The notes beneath the pieces were generated by a model that saw only the letters and a list, made by a program, of their open reading frames with translations, ran no database searches and was not told where the DNA came from. A stretch of 15,272 bases of DNA from the UHGV virus genome UHGV-0202386. One strand, given 5' to 3'. The position numbers were made by a program, and so were the translations under genes. Positions within the stretch are counted from its first letter, which is position 1. Every line of letters starts with the position of its first letter. Shown here one piece after another: positions 1 through 6,062 of this stretch. The stretch is from a virus.

Positions 1-125
1 TCACTGTTGAGGTACATATCAGTAAAGGTCTACCCGGCTTAACGATGGTGGGCTTACCAGAAACAACGGTAAAAGAAGCCCGCGATCGCGTGCGCAGCGC
101 CATTATCAATAGCGGATTTTTATAA
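1..125 (+). pseudogene. comM: comM/yifB 5' fragment, interrupted by the island; frame runs 3 codons into island DNA and stops at TAA 123-125
   Basis: In-frame translation from pos 3 reads [38 protein letters not shown] then FL-stop. This matches the conserved N-terminus of ComM/YifB Mg-chelatase-like ATPases as I recall it. The expected continuation [22 protein letters not shown] is found at the other end of the window. Confidence 0.85.
102..117. repeat. attL core: left copy of the 16-bp junction direct repeat (ATTATCAATAGCGGAT)
   Basis: Same 16-mer with one mismatch at 15134-15149. The left copy is the last stretch of native comM before divergence; the right copy is followed immediately by the comM continuation. 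Confidence 0.65.
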
Positions 126-130
126 ATTAG

Positions 131-240
131 TGTTCTTTGCTGTTTCATAATGTGCCACGTTGTTCGTTATGTTTTTGATTTTTAAACGCATTGCAATTTT
201 TCTTGTTCCAGCTTGTTCCACGTTGTACCCCCTTGTGCAA
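131..240 (+). repeat. Array of about 8 TGTTC/TTGTTC-like motifs with 10-bp periodicity between attL and int
   Basis: TGTTC/TGTTT/TGTGC/TGTTC begin at 131, 141, 151, 161; CTTGTTCCA at 202 and 212, CGTTGTACC at 221, CTTGTGCA at 232. Read directly from the sequence. Confidence 0.6.
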
Positions 241-245
241 TGATC

Positions 246-268
246 GGTGTAGTCACTGGTGTAGTCAT
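246..268 (+). repeat. Tandem decamer GGTGTAGTCA x2 (12-bp spacing), candidate integrase arm-type sites in attL
   Basis: GGTGTAGTCAC 246-256 and GGTGTAGTCAT 258-268. A near-identical tandem pair lies at 15045-15066. Together with TTGTTCCACGTTGT (214-227 / 15013-15026) these form an imperfect direct repeat of about 60 bp just inside both ends. Confidence 0.55.
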
Positions 269-303
269 TTTTTTGCAAAATTGGGGAGCGGGGGAGAATA
301 AAC

Positions 304-1533
304 GTGAGCAGAGCGCTTAACAAACTGAGCGATACATTGTTAAGAAAACTTTATGGTAAGCCAGCGGAGAAAAATACGTTCTATAGCGATGGCGGTAATC
401 TGAGCGTGAAATATTTAACATCAGGTAAATTGACCTGGTACTTCACCTACAGGGCTGGAACGGGAAGGGATACCACACCGGAACGCCTGAAGCTGGGAAA
501 CTATCCCGATCTGAGCCTTAAAGCAGCCAGGGAAAAAGCCGCAAAGTGTCGTGCATGGCTGGCAGAAGGGAAAAACCCACGTCATGAACTGAACTACACT
601 GTGCAGGAAGCGTTAAAACCCGTAACGGTTGGCGATGCGATCAGTTACTGGCTGGAAACGCACGTAAAGGAAAACCGTGTCGATTATGTATGCCTGAAAA
701 GTCGCCTGAATAATCACGTCATACAGCACATCGGTAACATGCCACTGGATAAATGCGAATTACGTCACTGGCTGGCCTGTTTTGACCGGATACGCAAAAA
801 ATCCCCCGTAACGTCTGGTCACATGATGCAGGCGTGTAAACAGGCGCTTAAGTTCTGCCGTAAACGTCGCTACGCAGTCAGTAACGTTCTGGATGATCTC
901 AACGTGGTGGACGTTGGCAAAAAGCCGGGCATAAGCGAACGCGTGCTTAGTAACAAAGAACTGGGCGAATTATTACAGGCGCTGGATAAAAAAATATTCC
1001 CGCCCTACTACAGCGCACTAATCCGCCTCCTGATTGTGTTTGGTTGCCGAACCGGAGAACTGAGGCTGTCGGAGATCAGGGAGTGGGATTTTAAGGAAAT
1101 GCTCTGGACAGTACCGAAGGAGCACAGCAAAACGAAGGTCGCCATATTCAGGCCAATACCGGAAAGCATTTTACCGTTTGTCACACGGCTGGTGGAGCAG
1201 AACCGACACACAGGGCTATTACTCGGGGAACTGAAACAGGAAGCCAGCGTGTCGCAATACGGCAGATTCACGCACAAAAAATTAAACCATCCGCACTGGT
1301 CACTACACGATATACGGCGCACGTTTACCACGATGCTGAATGATTTAGGCGTGGATCCGCATATTGTCGAACAACTCACCGCTCACCAGATGCCAGGGAT
1401 GCAGCGAGTCTATAACCACTCCCGTTATCTCGATGCGAAACGTAATGCGCTGGACATGTGGACAGAGCGGTTAGAGATACTGGCGGGTACTCACGAAAAC
1501 GTAACCACACTGCCAATAGCCAGAGAAATATAA
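304..1533 (+). CDS. int: Tyrosine recombinase / phage integrase (P4-type, with N-terminal arm-binding DUF4102-like region); GTG start
   Basis: 409-aa ORF. N-terminal pattern YSDGGNLSV..LTSGKLTWYFTYR...LKLGNYPDLSLKAAREKAAKCRAWLAEGKNP is typical of P4-family integrase arm domains. C-terminal catalytic signatures GCRTGELR, HWSLHDIRRTF, VYNHSRYLD. RBS-like GGGGGAG upstream of GTG 304. Sits next to attL. Confidence 0.9.
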   Translation: MSRALNKLSDTLLRKLYGKPAEKNTFYSDGGNLSVKYLTSGKLTWYFTYRAGTGRDTTPERLKLGNYPDLSLKAAREKAAKCRAWLAEGKNPRHELNYTVQEALKPVTVGDAISYWLETHVKENRVDYVCLKSRLNNHVIQHIGNMPLDKCELRHWLACFDRIRKKSPVTSGHMMQACKQALKFCRKRRYAVSNVLDDLNVVDVGKKPGISERVLSNKELGELLQALDKKIFPPYYSALIRLLIVFGCRTGELRLSEIREWDFKEMLWTVPKEHSKTKVAIFRPIPESILPFVTRLVEQNRHTGLLLGELKQEASVSQYGRFTHKKLNHPHWSLHDIRRTFTTMLNDLGVDPHIVEQLTAHQMPGMQRVYNHSRYLDAKRNALDMWTERLEILAGTHENVTTLPIAREI

Positions 1534-1554
1534 TTTTTTTCGTGATTTTTCAGA

Positions 1555-1620
1555 ACGGACACAACGTGGAACAACGAGACACAACGACGAACAACAAGGA
1601 ACAAAATGGGACAAGCGGAT
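1555..1620 (-). repeat. Six copies of GAACAACG-like motif exactly 10 bp apart (reverse complement of the TTGTTC motif) between int and alpA
   Basis: ACAACG at 1561, 1571, 1581; ACAACA at 1591; ACAAAA at 1601; ACAAGC at 1611. ACAACGTGGAACAA (1561-1574) is the exact reverse complement of TTGTTCCACGTTGT found at 214-227 and 15013-15026. Confidence 0.6.
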
Positions 1621-1699
1621 TAAAAATCAAACTCATTCATAACCATTTGATTTTTATATGTATACTGTTTTTTTATACACTGGCGAATCACTCTTAAAA

Positions 1700-1734
1700 A
1701 TATGTAAAAAAGGCGTAAAAGCAAAATTTTACGC
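1700..1734 (-). terminator. Candidate intrinsic terminator for leftward transcription (8-bp stem GCGTAAAA/TTTTACGC followed by a T-run on the minus strand)
   Basis: Perfect inverted repeat 1713-1720 / 1727-1734 with 6-nt loop. On the minus strand it is followed by TTTTTTACATATTTTT. The stem is AU-rich, so only moderate. Confidence 0.35.
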
Positions 1735-1871
1735 TACTACATCACAATGAATTAAAAGTATTTTTATTCTAATTACCCCATATCTGTAAAACGACCGTCA
1801 CCAATATTTGCCATTCATCACTCTAGCGGGAACAATACGACACAATAAGACACCAAATGACTCTTTGAGAA

Positions 1872-2075
1872 ATGACGGAGGCAATAGTGTTAAGCGCTGA
1901 TCGCTTTATACGTGAAAAAGAATGTCAGCAACTTACAGGCCTGAGCCGCTCATGTCGGTATCGCCTGGAGAAGACTGGACAATTCCCATCACGGCGTAAA
2001 CTCGGCGGTCGTTCCGTTGGCTGGTCTTTATCCGAAGTTCTGGCATGGAAGGACAGCCGCGAGGCAGTTCACTAA
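1872..2075 (+). CDS. alpA: AlpA-family phage transcriptional regulator / excisionase-like HTH protein
   Basis: Translation RFIREKECQQLTGLSRSCRYRLEKTGQFPSRRKLGGRSVGWSLSEVLAWK matches the AlpA/Phage_AlpA pattern (..GxSRSTIYRL...FP....LG.RSVGW..SEV..W). Alternative in-frame GTG start at 1887 is preceded by GGAGG at 1877-1881. Confidence 0.8.
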   Translation: MTEAIVLSADRFIREKECQQLTGLSRSCRYRLEKTGQFPSRRKLGGRSVGWSLSEVLAWKDSREAVH

Positions 2076-2081
2076 TCAGGC

Positions 2082-2100
2082 TGGCGGCGCACCGCCGCCA
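2082..2100 (+). other. GC-rich stem-loop (TGGCGGCG-CAC-CGCCGCCA) immediately 3' of alpA, with no U-tract
   Basis: Perfect 8-bp stem and 3-nt loop, seen directly. No T-run on either strand, so not a canonical intrinsic terminator. Confidence 0.5.
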
Positions 2101-2216
2101 CCCATCCACTAACACAGAGATCTAACCATGAATACTGGATATACGCCCGAACAGGGGCGGGGCTTCGTTCGTCCTGGTGAAACTAAAAAGCCATGTTATC
2201 GGGTATTTTCAGGCAT

Positions 2217-2287
2217 AAAAAAAGCGGCCCCGATAAGGAACCGCCTTTCTGAACAATTAACCTGCTGCGAAAAAAATGGATCAGTGC
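2217..2287 (-). ncRNA. Candidate small RNA of about 70 nt: extended -10 promoter to intrinsic terminator, in an ORF-free gap
   Basis: Minus-strand TGaTATAAT (plus 2294-2302) gives a predicted start near 2285-2287. Terminator hairpin at 2224-2248 (AAGGCGG..CCGCUU, about 11 bp with wobbles, 5-nt loop) is followed by U7 (plus A-run 2217-2223). No ORF of 60 aa or more on either strand here except the rejected long + frame. Confidence 0.3.
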
Positions 2288-2293
2288 AGGGGA

Positions 2294-2302
2294 ATTATAT
2301 CA
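2294..2302 (-). promoter_or_regulatory. Extended -10 promoter element TGaTATAAT (minus strand), no convincing -35
   Basis: Reverse complement of plus 2294-2302 reads TGATATAAT. Read directly. Confidence 0.35.
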
Positions 2303-2340
2303 ACCGTGTGGTGAAGCGCCACTATTGCCGGATAACAGGC

Positions 2341-2369
2341 AAAACAAAGGCGACCGCAAAAGGGTCGCC
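2341..2369 (-). terminator. Intrinsic terminator of the leftward RHH operon
   Basis: Perfect 7-bp stem GGCGACC/GGTCGCC (2349-2355 / 2363-2369) with 7-nt loop. On the minus strand it is followed by TTTGTTTTG (plus 2341-2348). Lies 66 nt downstream of the stop of ORF 2436-2609. Confidence 0.55.
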
Positions 2370-2435
2370 AGTGGGAACAAGGGAAAACAAAAGCATCACC
2401 AACAATGCCACATTTGCGGCTGGTGGGCAATGTGA

Positions 2436-2609
2436 TCAGTCAGATTTGGTTCGTTCCAAGGTTTGCAACGAGAGTTTTTTCCTGCGCTCTTTAAGGAATT
2501 TCTCAAGAGCAAACGAACAAGGTGCGAATCTTTCTGATTCATGCTCTATCTTTCTGCGCCGTCTTTTCCGTGTCGGTGATAATGTTTTGGTCAATTCTTT
2601 ATCGGTCAT
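2436..2609 (-). CDS. Hypothetical small basic protein (57 aa), second gene of the leftward operon
   Basis: ORF MTDKELTKTLSPTRKRRRRKIEHESERF..., AGGG 8 nt upstream of ATG 2609. An alternative ATG at 2624 has no RBS. A perfect 7-bp hairpin (2631-2637 / 2651-2657) separates it from the upstream gene. Supported mainly by the downstream terminator; no recognisable family. Confidence 0.35.
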   Translation of the reverse strand: MTDKELTKTLSPTRKRRRRKIEHESERFAPCSFALEKFLKERRKKLSLQTLERTKSD

Positions 2610-2666
2610 TGTGTTGCCCTGCATAGCAATGCGCCGTAATACCTTACACCACGGCGCTGGTGATGG

Positions 2667-2846
2667 TTACTCCTGCTCTTTGGCCTTGCGGCGCTGGCGG
2701 CGTTTGATCTCGCCTTGCATTGACGCAATGATGAATTGTGATGTGCTTTCGCCTGATTCTTTCACTGATTCCATGGCGTTTACTATTTCGTGTGGTACAC
2801 GAGCCTTTAGAGCTTGTGATTTTGCGTTTGTTGTACCCGTTGCCAT
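2667..2846 (-). CDS. Small ribbon-helix-helix (Arc/CopG-like) DNA-binding protein, candidate repressor of the divergent early promoter
   Basis: 59-aa ORF MATGTTNAKSQALKARVPHEIVNAMESVKESGESTSQFIIASMQGEIKRRQRRKAKEQE. By eye: beta strand (KARVP), helix, helix, basic tail. RBS AGAGGA upstream of ATG 2846. Faces a promoter overlapped by direct repeats. Confidence 0.65.
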   Translation of the reverse strand: MATGTTNAKSQALKARVPHEIVNAMESVKESGESTSQFIIASMQGEIKRRQRRKAKEQE

Positions 2847-2907
2847 TTCTATTCCTCTGTTGGATTGGTGGGGGACAGTATACACAGAAAAAGCACAAAT
2901 AAAACCC

Positions 2908-2948
2908 TTGACGTGGGCCACACCTAAAGCATATAGTGGGCCACACCT
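2908..2948 (+). promoter_or_regulatory. Rightward early promoter (-35 TTGACG 2908-2913, 18-bp spacer, -10 TATAGT 2932-2937) overlapped by two 13-bp direct-repeat operators GTGGGCCACACCT
   Basis: Repeat copies at 2913-2925 and 2936-2948 (perfect 13/13, 23-bp spacing), one over the -35/spacer and one over the -10/start. Sits in the divergent region between the RHH gene and the rightward ORF cluster. Confidence 0.5.
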
Positions 2949-2974
2949 TGAGATTGTCAAGGTGCATAAATGCA

Positions 2975-3009
2975 AAGCCCCGCAAGTGTCGTTACCACTC
3001 GCAGGGCTT
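2975..3009. other. Strong stem-loop in the 5' leader of the rightward operon; on the minus strand it reads as hairpin plus UUUGCAUUUAU
   Basis: AAGCCCCGCAAGTG (2975-2988) pairs with CACTCGCAGGGCTT (2996-3009) at 12 of 14 positions, 7-nt loop. No T-run on plus; T-rich tail on minus (plus 2961-2974). Confidence 0.5.
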
Positions 3010-3045
3010 CTAACCACCAACGATAGAAAGTGTATCGAGGTAGCT

Positions 3046-3252
3046 ATGAGAAATTATACCAGACACCCGCAAGGGCGGGACTCGTACAACCTGAATAAAT
3101 ACATCTGGCGTTTTATCGCCCTGAGCACGGCACAACCGCGCGTGATTACCATTGAGGCCACCAGCGAACAGGAAGCGCGTCAGCAATCTCCTGATGGCTG
3201 CGTGATGGTATTCGCTGCCCGTATTCGTCAGGGGGTACGCCATGTGCAATAA
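3046..3252 (+). CDS. Hypothetical protein (68 aa), first gene of the rightward early operon
   Basis: ATG 3046 preceded by GAGGT (3037-3041). Translation MRNYTRHPQGRDSYNLNKYIWRFIALSTAQPRVITIEATSEQEARQQSPDGCVMVFAARIRQGV. A vague resemblance to small Icd/Ash-like satellite proteins is my impression only. Confidence 0.6.
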   Translation: MRNYTRHPQGRDSYNLNKYIWRFIALSTAQPRVITIEATSEQEARQQSPDGCVMVFAARIRQGVRHVQ

Positions 3253-3481
3253 CACCCGTCCGGACGCAGCCGCCGAAGCCATCAAAACGCTGATGCACGC
3301 GCTGATTGATATTTCTGTTATCGCAGACAAGGCGCATAAGCGCGCCACCAGCGAAACAGAATATGCCGGGGCTTTCGTTCCTCACTCACTGGCTGTTATG
3401 CAACTTAGTGCGGATATGGCGCTGAATGAGGCTAAAGCCATCCTGATTGCTGATTGTGAAAATGGGGGGGGTTATGCGTGA
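3242..3481 (+). CDS. Hypothetical protein (79 aa)
   Basis: ATG 3242 overlaps the upstream stop; AGGGGG 9 nt upstream. No recognisable family. Confidence 0.55.
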   Translation: MCNNTRPDAAAEAIKTLMHALIDISVIADKAHKRATSETEYAGAFVPHSLAVMQLSADMALNEAKAILIADCENGGGYA

Positions 3482-3707
3482 TGATCGTTTTAATTCCCTG
3501 AAACAGGAATTTTCCGGCGTTCCTGATGATGCGGCTGATGCGCTTTCGTCAATGCCAGAGCTTATTAGAGCGGCTTTTTTCTTACTTTCCACGAGAGAAT
3601 ATAAATCAACGGGGCTTGATGTACTGAATATCGCCGCCGATTATGCGGAATATGTGGCAGAGGCGCGTTATAGAAGAAAATTTCCTGAGGATGTAAGCCA
3701 TGCGTGA
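3474..3707 (+). CDS. Hypothetical protein (77 aa from ATG 3474; alternative ATG 3462)
   Basis: G-rich RBS GGGGGGG upstream. Overlaps neighbours in the coupled ATGA/TGA style. Acidic protein, unknown. Confidence 0.5.
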   Translation: MRDDRFNSLKQEFSGVPDDAADALSSMPELIRAAFFLLSTREYKSTGLDVLNIAADYAEYVAEARYRRKFPEDVSHA

Positions 3708-3933
3708 TATTTACCACGAAACAATAGACCGCGCATTTCTTGCACTTTCTCACAGTGAAAACATGCTGGGAATATTGCGCATATGGCTTGAAACACTTGG
3801 CGACAATGAACGCGACAAACAAAAATCAAGAATTGCCACGGCATTAATAACGCTTCTTGAGCCTGTAATAATGGAACTGCAAGAAATAGATCTATTGCAC
3901 GACAGATATAAAGAACAGCACACCGGAGAATAA
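3700..3933 (+). CDS. Hypothetical protein (77 aa)
   Basis: ATG 3700 overlaps the upstream stop; GAGGA at 3686-3690. Unknown family. Confidence 0.5.
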   Translation: MRDIYHETIDRAFLALSHSENMLGILRIWLETLGDNERDKQKSRIATALITLLEPVIMELQEIDLLHDRYKEQHTGE

Positions 3934-3938
3934 AAATA

Positions 3939-4238
3939 ATGAAACTTAAATATTCTGGCTTAACTGCCAGTGGCAACACTCACCCTAAATTTACGCGCGG
4001 CGATATTTACCGCGACCAGTACGGCGGCACGGTAATGATTAAGGGCGTGGAAGAACGGCGCGTAACCTACCGCCGTGAAGGTTACGAATATGATTGCGTG
4101 ATGCCTGTTTATCAGTTCCGGCGTGATTTTTCTCTGGTACAGACCGCGCCGCATAACGTGTCCACCAGCAACGCCAGGGCACGGGCAAACATCCAGAAGC
4201 TGAAAACCATGATTAACGGATTCAGGGGTAAAAAATGA
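3939..4238 (+). CDS. Hypothetical protein (99 aa), possibly DUF4222-like
   Basis: Motif YRDQYGGTVMIKGVEERRVTYRREGYEYDCVMPVYQFRRDF reminds me of DUF4222 proteins of enterobacterial prophages (memory only). Stop overlaps the primase start. Confidence 0.5.
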   Translation: MKLKYSGLTASGNTHPKFTRGDIYRDQYGGTVMIKGVEERRVTYRREGYEYDCVMPVYQFRRDFSLVQTAPHNVSTSNARARANIQKLKTMINGFRGKK

Positions 4239-6049
4239 AACTGGCACCGAACGTAAAACAGCAGTCACGCGGCATAAAACACAAAGAAACAGAAGTCATT
4301 ATTTTTGCGGGTAGTGATGCCTGGTCACACGCAAAACAATGGCAGGAACATGACGCGCGTATGGCCGGAGATAATGAGCCTCCTGTGTGGCTTGGGGAGC
4401 AGCAGTTATCCGAACTGGATAAGCTGCAAATTGTGCCGGAAGGCAGAAAATCCGTGCGCATATTCAGGGCCGGATATCTTGCGCCAGTAATGATAAAGGC
4501 GATTGGTCAGAAGCTGGCGGCGGCAGGCGTACAGGATGCAAATTTTTATCCTGAGGGTATGCACGGTCAGGAGGTGCAGAACTGGCGCGAATATCTGGCC
4601 CGTGAGCGCCAGAATCTTTCTGATGGTCTGGTGATTCAGCTTCCTGTTAAGAAAAAAACAGAAGACAGCGCCGCACCACTGGCGCTTAACCAGATGGGAG
4701 CAAGCCAGCGCGGCGAAGTTCTCCTGGCACATTATGGCGGTGAACTGGCGATTCATGCCGACTCTGACACTGTTCACCATTACAACGGCGTTGTATGGGA
4801 GCCGATTCAGGATAAAGAGTTACAGCGTGCTATGGCGCAGATTTTCATTGATGCGGAGATCAGCTATTCGCAGAACGCCATTAAATCGGCGGTCGATACC
4901 ATGAAGTTAAGTTTGCCTGTAATGGGGAATACAGCCCGTAACCTGATTGGATTCAGTAACGGGGTATTTGATACCAGAACAGGTAATTTTCGGGAGCATA
5001 ACAAAAACGACTGGTTGTTAATTGCCAGTGAATTACCTTTCAGCCCACCAGCAGAGGGGGAAACGCTGGCAACACATGCGCCGAATTTCTGGAAGTGGTT
5101 ACGCTGCTCGGTGGCAGAGAATGACCGCAAGACGGATCGCGTGCTGGCTGCATTATTCATGGTGCTGGCGAACCGGTACGACTGGCAGTTATTCATTGAG
5201 GTAACAGGTCCAGGGGGAAGTGGTAAAAGCGTGATGGCGGAGATTTGCACTATGCTGGCGGGTAAGGCCAACACAGTATCGGCAAGCATGAAGGCGCTGG
5301 AAGATGCAAGGGAACGCGCGTTAGTGGTTGGCTTTTCGCTGATTATCATGCCGGATATGACCCGCTACGCTGGTGATGGCGCAGGAATTAAGGCCATTAC
5401 AGGCGGTGACAAGGTGGCAATCGACCCGAAGCATAAAGCCCCCTACTCAACACGCATTCAGGCGGTCGTGCTGGCGGTGAACAATAACGCCATGTCATTC
5501 AGTGACCGCAGCGGGGGGATCTCACGTCGTCGGGTGATATTCAATTTTTCGGAGGTTGTACCGGAGAACGAGCGCGACCCCATGCTGGCAGAAAAAATAG
5601 AAGGAGAGCTGGCGGTTGTGATTCGCCATCTGCTTACTCGTTTTTCTGACCAGGACGAAGCTAAACGCCTGCTGTATGAGCAGCAGAAATCAGAAGAAGC
5701 TCTGGTGATAAAACGCGAGGGCGATTCGCTGGTGGACTTCTGTGGCTATCTCATGTCGTCGGTAATGTGTGATGGTCTGTTAGTGGGTAATGCCGAAATT
5801 ATTCCGTTCAGTCCGCGCAGGTATCTTTATCACGCCTATCTGGCATATATGAGGGCACACGGATTCGGTAAACCTGTAACACTGACGCGCTTCGGTAAAG
5901 ATATGCCGGGGGCAATGGCGGAATATGGCAGGGAGTATATAAAACGGAAAACGAAGCACGGTTTGCGTTCAAATGTGACACTGACAGAGGATTCAGAAGA
6001 CTGGATGCCATCATGTGCATCGGTCACAAATGACGACAGCAAAAATTAA
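4235..6049 (+). CDS. Replication initiator: P4-alpha-like primase / SF3 helicase (Walker A GPGGSGKS)
   Basis: 604-aa ORF. Walker A in VTGPGGSGKSVMAE, Walker B-like LIIMPDM, sensor AVVLAVNNN. Followed directly by TGTTCACC iterons, as for P4 alpha and its ori. Confidence 0.8.
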   Translation: MKLAPNVKQQSRGIKHKETEVIIFAGSDAWSHAKQWQEHDARMAGDNEPPVWLGEQQLSELDKLQIVPEGRKSVRIFRAGYLAPVMIKAIGQKLAAAGVQDANFYPEGMHGQEVQNWREYLARERQNLSDGLVIQLPVKKKTEDSAAPLALNQMGASQRGEVLLAHYGGELAIHADSDTVHHYNGVVWEPIQDKELQRAMAQIFIDAEISYSQNAIKSAVDTMKLSLPVMGNTARNLIGFSNGVFDTRTGNFREHNKNDWLLIASELPFSPPAEGETLATHAPNFWKWLRCSVAENDRKTDRVLAALFMVLANRYDWQLFIEVTGPGGSGKSVMAEICTMLAGKANTVSASMKALEDARERALVVGFSLIIMPDMTRYAGDGAGIKAITGGDKVAIDPKHKAPYSTRIQAVVLAVNNNAMSFSDRSGGISRRRVIFNFSEVVPENERDPMLAEKIEGELAVVIRHLLTRFSDQDEAKRLLYEQQKSEEALVIKREGDSLVDFCGYLMSSVMCDGLLVGNAEIIPFSPRRYLYHAYLAYMRAHGFGKPVTLTRFGKDMPGAMAEYGREYIKRKTKHGLRSNVTLTEDSEDWMPSCASVTNDDSKN

Positions 6050-6062
6050 ACTTATGGAATAA

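Noticed and set aside
102-117. Possibility that the attachment site is a tRNA or tmRNA gene
   Set aside because: No tRNA-like cloverleaf at either end. Both flanks translate as contiguous ComM sequence, so the target is inside a protein-coding gene.
120-323. 67-aa minus-strand ORF across the attL arm region
   Set aside because: It overlaps the phased repeat array and the integrase start, and has no RBS. Treated as non-coding arm DNA.
1008-1379. 123-aa minus-strand ORF inside int
   Set aside because: Antisense to a well-supported integrase gene; Cys/Ser-rich translation typical of a spurious antisense frame.
2128-3045. Upstream 918 nt of the 374-aa + strand ORF (2128..3252)
   Set aside because: The translation is Cys/Arg/Ser-rich and low-complexity, has no RBS, and runs straight across the minus-strand RHH gene, its terminator and the divergent promoter. 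Only the last 68 codons (3046..3252), which have their own RBS, are taken as a gene.
4406-5349. Minus-strand ORFs (4406..4780, 4864..5349) inside the primase gene
   Set aside because: Antisense to the primase ORF, whose Walker motifs are intact; no RBS or family resemblance.
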